Assembly (NCBI RefSeq): GCF_030028105.1 | Contig: NC_092375.1 | Coordinates: 44,243,130-44,307,129 of the forward strand | Direction: 5' to 3' | Origin: Mobula birostris | Taxonomy: Eukaryota | DNA length: 64,000 nucleotides | Part shown: positions 26,615 through 39,179 of the stretch, piece after piece | Layout: every line of letters begins with the position of its first letter | How positions within the stretch are numbered: the stretch's first letter is position 1 | Made by a program: the position numbers and the translations under genes | Notes under the pieces: generated by a model | What the model saw: the letters and a program-made list of their open reading frames with translations, nothing else | Databases searched by the model: none | Told to the model about the DNA's origin: nothing

Positions 26615-27627
26615 ATACGAACTAGGCTTGGGTTCTTCGAGGCAAGGACATGACGAGGCTTGGGTTCTTCGAGGCGAGGACATGACGAGGCTTGGGTTCG
26701 GACTCCAAGCCAGAGACTGGACAAGGACCCAGAACCTTGGTCTTGACTCGGGCTCGGACTCCGGAACTAGGCGAAGACATGACGTGGTTTTGGGAGATAG
26801 GACTAGGCAAGGCTACAGGACAGATCGAGAGACTCCTGGGCAGGACAAGGCAACTCCAGGACAGGACGACAGGAAACTCGGAACCTTGGACTTGGGGCGA
26901 CAGGAATGCAGAACACAGAGCCTTTGGTCTTGGGGAGTGCGGAAACACGGAGCCTTGGTCTTGGGGAGTGCGGGAACACGGAGCCTTGGACTTGGGGAGC
27001 GCATGAACACAGGGATAGGGAACACAGAGCCAGGACCCCTCCTTAGGAACAGGACGTAGGGCCAGGACTCATACACAGAATACTGAACATGACGAGATTG
27101 TTTGCAGCACTAGGTAGCAGCAAATGGCCAGACCTACCTAGCGAAGGCATGGACACAGAGACAGTTCCAACTCAACGATAGACAGTTCCTTATCTTGACA
27201 CAGCAAGGCTCTGGTCTCACTCCAGTGTTGAACTCGACAAGGTTGTGGGCAAGGCTCCAGACACAGGTTGCAGGCAAGGCTCCAGAAGGAAGGGGAAGGG
27301 AAGGGAAGGGAACAGTCCAGCCTCAGGGTAACAACAAAGACGGCCTGGCTTACCTAATGGAGTCAAGGACAGGAAGGGACAGATCCAACTGCAGGGTAAC
27401 AGCAAAGACGGCCTGACTTACCCCACAGAGGCGAGGACAGGATACTGACAAGACAAACCAGCAACCACACTCGAACCCAGGGCCACTTATATTCCCAACC
27501 CAACATGAGCATCAGGTGCCTATGATTGAGCCCAACTGAAACAAGGGACAGCCGGAAAACCCAGAGTCCGGAGTCCAGGGACCAGACCGTAAACTGGAAG
27601 GCGGATTTCACAGACTGGACCGTGACA
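26615..27627 (-). mobile_element. Gypsy-type solo LTR-like element (family also at 22292, 40344 and 52957)
   Basis: Reverse strand starts TGTCACGGTCCAGTC, matching the TGTCATGGTCCGGTCC starts of the other copies; internal short tandem repeats. Confidence 0.7.
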
Positions 27628-30147
27628 ATATCCACTCCCGTCTCATTTTTTTACTCTTTACATATCTGAAAATCTTTAACATCCTCTTTTGTATGATTGG
27701 CTAGCTTACCTTCATATTTCATCTTTTCTCTCCTTATGGCTTTTTTGTTGCCATCTGTTGGTTTTTAAAAGCTTCACAATCCACTAACTTCCCACTAAAT
27801 TTTGCTCTATTATATGCCCTCTCTTTTTGTTTTTATGCTGTCTTTGACTTTGCTTGTCAGCCATGCTCAGCTCATCCTCTCTTCACAACACTATTTCATC
27901 TTTGGGATGTATCTGTCCTGTGCTTTCCACATTGCTCCCAGAAACTCTATTCATTGTTGTTCTGCTGTCATCCCTTCTGGTGTCCCCTTACAATCAACTG
28001 TGGCCTGCTCCTTTCTCATGCCTCTGTAATTCCCTTTACTCCACTGTCATACTGACACATTTGATTTTATCGTCTCCTTCTGCAGATTGAATTCTCTCAT
28101 TTATGATCACTGCTTCCTAAGGGTTTCTTTACCTTAAGCTCCCTCATCAAATCTGGTTTATTACACAACAGCTAATTGTGAATTGCCTTTTCACCTATGG
28201 GCTCAACCACAAGTTGCTCTAAAAAGCAATCTCATAGGCATTCTACAAATTCCCTTTCTTGGGATCTGGCACCAACATGTAGCCACAGAATCACTTTTCC
28301 TTTCCCCTACTATTGAGTCTCCTATCACTACTGCTCTGCCCAACTTTACCCTTCCCCGCTGAGCCTCAGAGCTGGCCACAGTGCCACCGGCCTCACTGTT
28401 GCCGCTGTACCCTGATAGGTCACTCCTAGTCCCAGCGGTATCCAAAGGGGTTTACTTGTCATTGAGGGGAGGTGGGAATGGCCACAGGGGAAACCCTGCA
28501 CTGACTAATTTCTCCCTTTGCTTCTGGTGGTCTCCCATCTACTATCTGAAGCCTGTACACCTGCGTACATCCAGCTCTAATTCCATTTCCTTGACCTTGT
28601 CAGTCAGCAGCTGAAGTTGAATGCACTTCCTGCAGATGTAGTGACCAGCAAGAGTGCCAGGTACCCTGAAAGCCCACATCTCTCAGCAGCAGCATTCCAC
28701 TGCTTAAACTACTATCCTGCCTACACTTGTTATACCTCTGACTTTTCATACTTAAGCTCTAGCCTGTGCCTGTTCTCACCTAAGCCTGTTGAGCCAAAGT
28801 CTAACACTGTTCAGTCACACAATGGTCACTCAGCTTACCCCCCACTTCTCTTTTTTGGCCCCTGCCGAGTGCCTAAAGGATTGCGATGATAGCATCTCTC
28901 CAAATAGTTCCAAATGTTCCCAAGCTCCTTTTAAACCTTACATAGCCGAACCAACGAACGATTCACACAATGATTGCAGCCTGTCGAAAATACCAAAAGA
29001 TCTCAAGCTCCTCGCCAACAGCCTCTCGCTTGGCCTCTGGAATTCCAAGAGTCAAGTTTATTTATGATGTCTACATTGAAATATACAGTGAAATGCATCA
29101 TTTCGGTTAACAACCAACACACCTGAGAGCGTGCTGGAAGCAGTCCACACTTGTTGCCACATATTCCGGTATAAAATAGCATGCCCACAATGTTGTCAGT
29201 TTGATTGCCTGCTCCACTCACCAACCTGCGCTAAAAGTTCACAGGTTTCTGTTTGCTACTAATCTTTGTTCTAAAATAGCATCACAGTTAACTGCCTCAG
29301 ACCTGCATATTTGAAATGGCTAAGTAAATTTGTCCACCACAGCTGAAGTTTGTATTCAACCACGTTTATTTTGTGTTAGGGCTTGCCTGCTCCAGCCTGT
29401 CACCTTTTATGGCATAGCCTGTTTTGTTTTCCATTTATTGGTAAAAAAAAATTATCTTGGAAACAATTTTACCAAAATTCAGATGTTTAAATCAAGGAAT
29501 TTTTAAAGGCAATATATGAATGTTTTATATATTTTGGCTCAGTTACCCTTTCTCATAAACCAACTTGTATTTCCCGTTTAGTTTAGTCATGCTGAATTTG
29601 CTGAATTACAAGTTCATATTTCACTGGTCACTTATCCTTCAGTCTGATTAATTAACAAGATAACGGGAGGTCCAGGTGGGGAGCTCTTTGCCTTTGGCTG
29701 ACAGAAAGAGATCCGTCCAACCGTTTTGGATGTGGCAAATTCATTAATGTGACGTGGCGAAATTCATAGTAAGCTAAACGTCAAGCCTTATCCGTAACAT
29801 TGAACATAAAATTGAACTGAGCTGCATGTGTCGATTGTAGAAAAGGTTACATATATGTGAGAGGCAATTTGGGTCAGGAAACGGTCTCGAATCACCTGGC
29901 TCTGAGTCTCTGGTGGACGAACATACTTGATGACCCAGATATTTAATTATTTTTTCATTGTGTTACTTTCCTTGCACTTGTCTGCTTTCTCTGTAACTGT
30001 GACACTGTTCTGCATTCTGTTTTCCTTTTAACTATCTCAGCGTAATTATGCAGGGAAGAATCTGGCTGGCTGGCACACAGTACAAAACCTTTTCGATGTA
30101 TTTCAGTACGCGTGGCAATAATATACCCAAAGCAACAAGTTGTTTTG

Positions 30148-30280
30148 CTGGCGAAGGGTCTCGGCCGGAAACGTCGACTGTACCTCTTCCTAGAGATGCT
30201 GCCTGGCCTGCTGTGTTCACCAGCAACTTTGATGTGTGTTGCATGAATTTCCAGCATCTGCAGAATTCCTCATGTTTAAG
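30148..30280 (+). mobile_element. Penelope-like terminal fragment
   Basis: CTGGCGAAGGGTCTCGGCCGGAAACGTCGACTG plus the conserved tail. Confidence 0.75.
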
Positions 30281-30643
30281 TTGTATTGCCGGTGGCATTC
30301 GCTGTCTGTTAGGTGCTAAGGCAGTGGAATTTTGTGCACTTTCGCTGTTGTTTCGTGGTCCACTTCCCAGGACAGGGGAAATAAAAGCATTCCGATCCAA
30401 ATATGATGTAGGCAAGGTAATTACGAAGCCACTTTCTAGGTAAAACAAAGGAAGCTTACTGCTGATACTGATTTTATATATGTTTTGAAACACTACATTA
30501 AGCGAACTGTTCCTTATTGCCAATGGAATAAAAGGAAGTTCTGGTTCCTTCTCATGGACAGTTCACGCCTTCACCGCTGCTGTCTTCTACTCCCGTTTTC
30601 CTTCCATAATTTGCAGTCTTGTTGCTGATGGCGGTCATCGCAG

Positions 30644-30924
30644 GGCTCGCTGTCAGTCTAAAAATTGTCAAGTCCCCTACGGTTTTGACCCTTCTTCGAG
30701 GGCAAACAGCTCGAATCATTTGCCCCCTGCGAATTGAGGAGGAGCCGGAGGATCGGGCGGGAATCGTCTCGGTCGCCAGACGGTTCTGGGATTGGCAGCT
30801 GGAACTTCTTGAAGACAGGCACTCAGCAGCCTGAGGGCTCGCTGGTCATTCAGGATTTTTCACAGAGGGTGGTGGGCACATGGCTTCGCCACGTCTAGGT
30901 TGGGTTTTCCTTTTGTGACCCGAG
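30644..30924 (+). pseudogene. decayed paralog of the VJ exon (copy A)
   Basis: Acceptor CATCGCAG then GLAVSLKIVKSPTVLTLLRGQTARIICPL, against GPAVALKVNQTPSALTLLRGQTARIGCSL in the intact copy. After a frameshift comes EGSLVIQD; the F and G strands are decayed. Flanking introns are homologous to those of the intact copy. Confidence 0.8.
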
Positions 30925-31109
30925 GTAATTAGATAAACCAACACCCAAACAAACCCCTGTACGGGGAAGATTTAAAAAAGTGCTGCTGATACAACAGCTC
31001 CACGACTTCGGTGGGCGGCAGGGTCGGTCATGCAGATTTCCAAAAGTTCACTGAAAGAGAGGCGGTTAAAATGCAACACTCCGACCGCTTTTGCAACGCC
31101 AACAAGATC

Positions 31110-31770
31110 TCTGAGGACCTAAGCTGGCCCAACATATTGATGTAGTTATAAACAAGGCAAGTAGGCGGCTATACTTTATTAGGAGTTTGAAGAGATTTGG
31201 CATGTTAACAAATACACTCAAAAATTTCTATAGTTGTATCGTGGAGAGCATTCTGACAGGTTGCGTCACTGTCTGGTATGGAGGGGCTACTGCAAAGGAC
31301 CGAAAGAAGCTGCAGAGGGTTGTAAATCTAGTCAGCTCCATCTTGGGTACTAGCCTACAAAGTACCCAGGACATCTTCAGAGAGCAGTGTCTCAGAAAGG
31401 CAGCGCCCATTATTAAGGACCTCCAGCACCCAGGGCATGCCCTTTTCTCACTGTTACCATCAGGTAGGAGGTACAGAAGCCTGAAGGCACACACTCAGCG
31501 ATTCAGGAACAGCTTCTTCCCCTCAGCCATCCGATTTCTAAATGGTCATTGAATCTTTGGATGGTACCTCACTTCTTTTAATATACAGTATTTCTGTTTT
31601 TGCACGTGTTTTTTTTTAAAAATCTATTCAATATACATATACTGTAATTGATTTACTTGTTTATATATATATATTTTTATTTTTAGATTATGTATTGCAT
31701 TGAACTGCTGCTGCTAAGTTAACAAATTTCACGTCACATGCCGGTGATAATAAACCTGATTCTGATTCTG
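31110..31770 (+). mobile_element. Rex1/Babar-like LINE 3' end
   Basis: KNFYSCIVESILTGCVTVWYG...RFRNSFFPSAIRFLN; AATAAA plus (CTGATT)n tail. Confidence 0.8.
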
Positions 31771-32219
31771 AAATCTGTTAAATACCAGCGGGATTGGTAA
31801 TGGGGAATCGGAACCGTGAAACGTCCTTGTTGGGACACACTGCCAGTGTAATTTGCATCTTGTGACTAAAGTGTGCGTGGTCGAAAGGAGCTGAAAAATA
31901 GAACTAGAAAGTGCTGGAAACTCTCAGCAGGTCAGGTCGCAAATGCGGAGAGAGAAGCAGTTAAAGTTTCATATTGCAAACCCTTCGTCAGAACACTGAC
32001 CTGAAACTTTAAGTCTGTTTCTCTGCTGTTTCAGATTTTAATTCCAGATCTCCGGTAACTGCCTTTATTTATTTTCACTCGCTGTAAAACTTCGAATTCA
32101 TTCCTTTCCCAGGCTGTATTTTATTTCTCTTCCTGCCGGTATACATTTTGAGACACAAACTAATCAATTCAGTTTACATCGTTTCCTTTGTATCCGTGCA
32201 CTGTCTTCAGTTGTGTCCA

Positions 32220-32650
32220 CACGTGGATGTGGAGAGCATATTTCCTAAGTGTCGGGGTATCCAGACTAGAGGGCACAGCCTCAAAATTGAGGAGCAACCC
32301 TTTAGAACAGTGGTAAGGAGGAATTCTTTTAACCAGAGAGTAGTAAATCTATGGAATGCTCTGCCACAGACTGCGGTGGAGGTCAAGTCCATGCGTATAT
32401 TTAAAGCAGAGGGGGAGGGGGAAAGTCGACTCAGACCATGAGAGGCCTGTGTCGGGCATTTTCATGCCTTACAAGGCGCAGATTGGAAGTTGATCATTTC
32501 CTGATCGGCCAGGGCATCAAAGGATGTGACAAGAAGGCAGGTGTATGGGGTTGAGTGGGATCTGGGATCAGCCATGATGGAATGGTGGAGCAGACTCAAT
32601 GGGCTGAATGGCCTAATTCTGATCCTATGTCTTATGGTCTTATGGATCTA
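32220..32650 (+). mobile_element. CR1 3' fragment truncating paralog A just before the expected C1 exon
   Basis: TRGHSLKIEEQPFRT...RVVNLWNALP; tail TCTTATGGTCTTATGG. Confidence 0.75.
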
Positions 32651-33391
32651 ATTACTGAAATGGCAGCTGAGGAGCACTTTGGGTCCTGTGGTACTTTAAT
32701 GTCCATTTCTCCTCTGTGTTTACTAAGAAGAATATCATGGATTCCAGGGAAATGAATTTAAAAAGTAATGAATCTTGGATCATTTGCTTATTATGAGGAA
32801 GGAGGTATTTGTAGTCTTCAAGTGCATTAAGGTGGGCCTGAATAAGGGCATCCCCAGACCTTATGGGAGCCCCAGTGAAGATATCACAAAACCCCTGTTT
32901 GCTTTGTTGTTAGCTATTGTCAAAGTTCCAGAAGACTGGGGGGTAGAGGGTTCAAGAATGGTAACGAAGATTGTCCAGGGAACTACACACTGGTGAGCTT
33001 GATTAAACTGTATGGAAGTTATTGGAGTGTCTTCTGTAGGTCAAGTTCCACAATCACTTTTGTAGATAGTCATGACCTGACCAGGAATGGTCAGCATGGA
33101 TTTGTGCATGGGAGGAAATAACTGAGGAAGCTTTGGAGTTTTTCCCCAAAGAGGTAACTAAGGGAATAGATGAAGGTAGGATAATGAATGTTGTCTATAC
33201 ATTTACATGACAAGGTCCTGCATGGCAGGATGATGTCGGAGGTTAGGTTGCATAATATTCATGGAGAGGTAGTGAGGTGGATTCAGAATTGGTTTGATGA
33301 TAGGAAGCAGATGGTGTTAGTTGAAGGACCTTTGTTATTCATTATTTATGTAAATGATATAAATGTACATGCATGATCAATAAGTTTGCTG

Positions 33392-34926
33392 GTTTATCCA
33401 TTGACATACGGGCCCGATGCACTACCTTGAACTGTATCAAGGAATGGTGGGCACAAATTCATGAGTTATTAACAAAATGAAAAATTTTGCTCCAATGATT
33501 GTCTGAAAATGACTCTTGAAATTCTAATTCCCAAGCACGTTTAATTTTATCGTAAGATATCATTCGAAAATTCAATAACCATTTATAAATTATAGCTATC
33601 AACCCTTTTTGAAGTGGTTTAAGCTGAAAGAGAGCATCTGTCATTAGGTGGATAAGCAGAAGGGTAATTTGGCAGCAAACCACATAAAAAAATTCCTAAT
33701 TTGTAAATAGCTAAAAAAGTCAGATAAAAATTAGATAAGTCATATTTATTCACTAACTGAGAAAAAGACATTAAACAATCCCCTAAAAACAAATCTGACA
33801 AAGTTATTATTCCCTTGGTTTTCCAAATAAAAAAGGCTTTATCCAAAATTGATTGTTTAAAAGAAAGTGAAATGGATATTACTAGAAAGAACAAAATTAT
33901 TTAACTCAAAAAATCTACAAAACTGAAACCAAATTCTTAATGTATGTTTAATAATGGGATTAAAGTCTTGTCTACTAAACTTAGAAAACAAAAAGGGAAG
34001 AGGAGCTCCCAGTAAAGAGGCCAAAGAAGAACCCCTTCACCGAGTTTTCCTCCAAACCCAAACACGAAGGACATTCATGTATGTCTGAGTAATGAATCCA
34101 AAAGGTAATATATCGAATATTAATTGCCCAATAATACATTCTAGCACATATTTTTTCCAACATCAGTCCTATCTGTGACAGATGTAATATTGAGGTGGCC
34201 ACTTCAACTCATATGTTTTGGTCTTGCATAAAGCTAGATAATTTTTGGAGAGATGATTTTAAAATGCTATCAAAAGTCTTGGATCTGGACCTACAACCTA
34301 ATTTATTTACAGCAATCTTTGGGATTATCCCATCGGAAGCAGGAAATATTCCTGTTTCCGCTCAATGTATGATAGCCTTTTCAACTTTATTGGCTAGGAG
34401 TGCCATTTTATTGAAATGGAAGGATTCTAATATCCCTACTGTCTTTTATTGGCTTTCCTCCATTATGTCTTATTTAAGTTCAGAGAAAATAAGAAGTTGG
34501 ATATTTGATACATCCTTCAAATTTGAGCAAATCTGGTGACCTTTTATTCAATATTTTCATTTGATTTGATTTTTTACTCTTCCAGTTATTTATTTTTCAA
34601 AGTTCTAGATTTGATCAGAAAGTCTTTCCTTTTTTTTTGGTCATATTCTCAGAATGGACTGCCCAGTCACCTTTTCCCCCCTCCTTTTTTCATATAGTAT
34701 AGTGTCTTTTTTCTTTTAAAATTGAAGTTTTTTTCTCTTTATGAACTAATAAGAGGAGAATTAGCTGTCTTTTATTATATACTACATAGCTTAACACTAT
34801 GTATGATTTTGATAATGTTTATTTCACTTTCTGTTTGTATTGTTATTGATATATGTATTTGAGATAATTCTCCTCTTGTTCATTTGTATATATGGTCTTT
34901 TTAAATCAATAAAGATTGATTTAAAA
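33392..34926. mobile_element. L1-clade LINE 3' end with 5' inversion
   Basis: 33392-34140 is on the minus strand (YYWAINIR...IQFKVVHRARMSMDK) and 34141-34926 on the plus strand (LAHIFSNISPICDRC...HMFWSC, AATAAA, poly-A). TSD AAGTTTGCTG at 33382-33391 and 34927-34936. Confidence 0.85.
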
Positions 34927-35369
34927 AAGTTTGCTGATATATTAACTTGGGGGTCTTGTTGACATTGAAGTTCATTACAATGAATAGCAAAGAGATCTTG
35001 ATTAGTTAGGGAGATAGGCTGAGGAATGGCAAATAGATTTCAACTTAGTGTGAGGTGATGCATTTTGAACAGTCAAAGTAGAGTAGGATTTATACAGTGA
35101 ATGGCAGGGCACGGACGAGTGTTGTGGAACAGAGGGACCTGAAAGTACAAGAATACAGTTTGCAGGAAGTGGCTGCACAACTGTAGCAAAGAGGGTGTTT
35201 AGCATGCTGGACTTTGTCATTCGGGGCAGTCAATTTGGGAGTGGATACACTATATTGCATTTATACAAGACATTGGTGAAGCTGCACTTGGAGAATTGTG
35301 TATAATTTGCATCACCCTGTTATATGAAATATATTATCAAGCTGGAGAGGGTGTAGAGGCATCCTGAAC

Positions 35370-35685
35370 AGAACACTTTTGTTGTTGTTCCACTTGGCTC
35401 CAGCATTGCAGAAATGAAATCATTCTGAGGCAGATGTGGTAAAGTTAAAGTTTTTACAAAACAAGTTTCTAAGTAAAAAACATAACAACTATGTGTGATC
35501 AATATTTATGTCAAATTGCTGGTATTAATTTTATATATATTTTGAAATACTACATTAAGTGAATTGCTCTTTATTTTCAATGGAATAAACCTTTATGCAG
35601 ATTAAAACAGGTATTCTATCTCCTCCTGTGTAATTCACACATTCACCCTGTTGACTTCCATTCCAGTTTTCTTTCCATAATTTCA
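35370..35685 (+). pseudogene. remnant of the upstream/leader/first-intron region of another Ig-gene paralog
   Basis: Aligns by eye with 30340-30615 (TTTTGAAATACTACATTAAG...CAATGGAATAAA...TTCCATAATTT). It keeps the GTAATTCAC donor seen at 41999 and is cut by a LINE tail (AAGTTCAAAG) before the V exon. Confidence 0.6.
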
Positions 35686-36209
35686 AAGTTCAAAGTAAAT
35701 CTATTATCTAATTATATATGTGTCACCTTATAGTACCCTGAGGTTCAATTTCCTGCAGGCATTCACAGTAAATACAAAGAAATAGAATCAATGAAAAACT
35801 GCACACAATAAAAATGGACAAACAATCAATGTGGAAAGGATGACAAATCAATCAAATAAAACAAAATAATAATAAATAAACAAGTAATAACGCTGAGGGA
35901 ATTTAAAGTTGATGACCCGCTTCACCTCTGATTCCCTGATGAGCACTGGCTCATATACATCCATTTTCCTACTCCTATAATGAATAATCAGCTCTTTGGT
36001 TTTGCTGACATTGAGTGAGGGGTTGCTGTTGTTGTGGCACCACTCAACCAGATTTCCAATCTCCCTCCTATATGCTGATTCATCACCACCTTTGATTTGG
36101 CCAACAACAGCGGTGTCTTCAGCAAGCTTAAATACGGCATTGGAGCTGTACTTAGCCTCAATGATTAATTTTGAGGGGATGATAGTATTGATGCCAAACT
36201 GTAGTCAAT

Positions 36210-38550
36210 GAAGGGCATCCTGATTTCACTGTCTAGATGTCCCTGCACCTCCCGGTTCTACCTCCTACCCAAGATCCACCAACCTGACTGTCCAGGTAGA
36301 CCCATTGTTTCTGCCTGCTCCTGCCCCACAGAATGCCTGTCTACATACTTTGACTGTTTTATCCCCCTTGTTTCAGTCCCTTCCTACCTACACCCGTGAC
36401 ACTTCACATGCTCTCAATCTTTTCAGTGACTTTTAAGTTTCCTGGTCCCAATCTTCTCATTTTCACGATGGATGTTTAATCCCTATACACTTCTATCCAT
36501 CAGGAGGGCCTTAAAGCTCTTTCTGGACACCAGACCCAACCAGTTCCCCTCCAACACCACTCCAGACATCCCACCCTGCAAAAACTCATTTCAGGGAGGT
36601 AGCACCACCAATTTGCGGGAGACTCCTGGAACTTCCAGGAGAGGTGGGATGTCTGCAATAGAGTAGCTCCTTAGCAGCTAGCCAGCTAGTTTAAATAACG
36701 TTAGCTATGCTAATGAATGAATGACACCTGTTAAACTCACCTCAGCATGTCTTTTACAGTCTTAACCCACCACGAGCAATAGAAAAGTCACTGTTGCAAA
36801 CAGTGCAGCGAGCAACACTGTCGTTACTTTTGACCCCTATTAGGCAGGGCGCTGCTCTCTCTCACGCACGCGCTTTCTCTCTCTCTCTCTCTCGTGGTCG
36901 CTCTTGTGCTCGCTCTCTCGGTTACTCTCATGCTTTCTCTCGTGGTTGCTCTTGTGTGCTCTCTCACTCGCAAAAAAATTGATTTCCAGGACATTGTATA
37001 TAATTTACAGGCATCAGGGAGCCACTATTAATATGCGAGAGACTCCCAGAACTTCTGGGAGAGTTGGGATGTCTGCCACTCTCGGCTGTCTGGTGGAACT
37101 GGCACTCACCCTCAACCATTTCTCCTTTGGCTCCTCCCACTTCTTTCAAACTCAAGGTGTAGCCATGGGCACTTGCATGGATCCCAGCTATGCCTGCCTT
37201 TTTGACAGCTATGTGGAACAGTCTATGTTCCAAGCCTACACCAGCAGTGCTCCCAACTCTTCCTATGCTACAATGACAACTGCACTGGTGCAGCTTCCTG
37301 CACCCAAGCTGAGCTTGTCAATTTCCTTAACTTTGCCTCTAACTTCCACCCTCTTGCTGCTGTCTGGACTATACCTCTTTCCAACCTGCCATTCCCCTTT
37401 TTCAGTTCTTCCTTCTCTGCATCAGAGTGAGGCTTTTCATTCCAGAACTAATGAGAAGTCCTCTTCCTCCAAGAGAAAGGCTTTCCTTCCTCCACCATCA
37501 ACACTGCCCTCACAGGCATCTTCCATTTTGCACACATCTGCCCTCAACCCATCCTCCCTCCACCACACCAGGGATAGTGTTCCTCTTGTCCTCACCTACC
37601 ACCCCACCAGCCTCCGCGTCCAGCACATAATTCTCCGAAACTTCTGCAATCACCAACAGGATCCCACCACCAAGCACATCTTTACCTCCCCTCTACTTTC
37701 TACAGGGATCACTCTCTATGTGACTCTCTTGTCCACTCATCCCTACTCACTGATCTCCCTCCTGGCACTTATCCTTGCAAGCAGAACAAGTGCTACACCT
37801 GCCCTTACAACTCCTCCCACGCTATCATTCAGGGCCCAAACAGTCCTTCCAAGTGAGGCAACCCTTCACCTGAGAGTCTGTTGGAGTCATTTGCTGTATC
37901 TGGTGCTCCTGGTGTGGCCTCCTGTATATCAGTGAGACCTGACGTAGATTGGGAGGCTGTTTCGTTGAGCATCTTTACTCTGTTTGCCATAAAAAGCAAG
38001 ATTTCCTGGTGGTCACCCATTTCAATTCTACTTCCCATTTCCATTCTGACATGTCAGTCCATGGCCTCCTCCACTGCCAGCATGAGGCCACATGCAGGTT
38101 GGAGGAGAAACACCTTGTATTCCGTCTGGGTAGCCTCCAAACCAATGGCATGAACATTGATTTCTCAAACCTCCTGTAATTGCCCCTCCCCTTCACCATT
38201 CCCCATTCCTGACTTCCTCTCACACCTTCTCTTATTGCTTTCCCATCACCTCCCCCTTCCCTATCTTCCATGGCCTTCTGTCCTCTCCAATCAGATTCTT
38301 CCTTCTCCAGCCCTTTCTCTCTTTCCCCAGTCAATTTCCCAGCTCTTTACTTCACCCCCTCACCCTCTCCCAGTTTCACCTATCACCTACCACCCAATAC
38401 TTCTTCCCCCTTCCACCACCACCTTCTTATAATGACTTCTCCCCTTTCCTTTACAGTCCTGATGAAGGGTCTCAGCCCAAAACATTGACTGTTTACTTTC
38501 TTCCATATATGCTGCCTGGCCTGCTGAGTTGCTCCAGTGTTTTGTTCCAG
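36210..38550 (+). mobile_element. Penelope-like element (RT, GIY-YIG, terminus), decayed
   Basis: [46 protein letters not shown] and VEHL...VVTHFNS; terminus CAGTCCTGATGAAGGG near 38455. Confidence 0.85.
36563..37075. mobile_element. MITE with CAGACATCCCA terminal inverted repeats
   Basis: Starts CAGACATCCCA and ends TGGGATGTCTG; flanked by CCACTC on both sides (36557-36562 and 37076-37081); interrupts the Penelope element. Confidence 0.75.
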
Positions 38551-39179
38551 TTTCTGTGGAAGGGAATAAACAATAATGTTTTAGGATACACTATGAGCCC
38601 TGCAGTACGGAGTACTCTGGTGGTCCACCCACCTTACCCTGTCTTAGTCTTTATGCTGCACTCTTGACTATGGGTGGGATGTAGTTTAGCTAGAAAAGGT
38701 GCGGAGATTCACAGCATGTTATTGGGATTGGTGGGCCTGGATAATAAGGAAAGACTGGATAGACTGCGGCATTTTTCCCTTTGTAGAGCAGCGGGCTGTG
38801 GGTTGACCTCGTAGAAGTATTTAAAATTACAATGGAAAGGTGAAAGATCCGTCAGTCGTTTCTTTCCACAGTAGGGGAGTCTAAAACTAGGGGGCATAGA
38901 TTTAAGGTGAGTGGGGGAAGATTTACAGGAGAATGCAGGAGGTGGCTTTGGCTTGTTTCAACATGAGCAGATTTTTCACACAGGATGTGGTGGATATACG
39001 GTGCTAGATGAAGTAGTAAAGATGAGTATAATTACAATTTTTTTAGAAGACAATTCTACGAATATATAGTGAGGAAAGGTTTAGCATGAAGCAGGCCAAA
39101 TACAGGCAAATGGGACTAGCTCAGGTAGGCAGCTGGTCGGCATGGACGAGCTAGGCCCAACAGCCTGTTTTTATGCTGT

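Noticed and set aside
22292-27627. Composite transposon bounded by inverted LTR ends
   Set aside because: There is no target duplication (CCCC versus ATAT), and host CR1 sequence reappears briefly at about 22429, which favours independent insertions.
35895-35930. REFKVDD as a remnant of a V exon F strand
   Set aside because: It lies at the edge of a Rex-like LINE fragment and has no YxC or FGxG; likely a chance match.
36904-37935. 343-aa ORF as a host gene
   Set aside because: It is a read-through of MITE, CT-repeat and frameshifted Penelope RT sequence.
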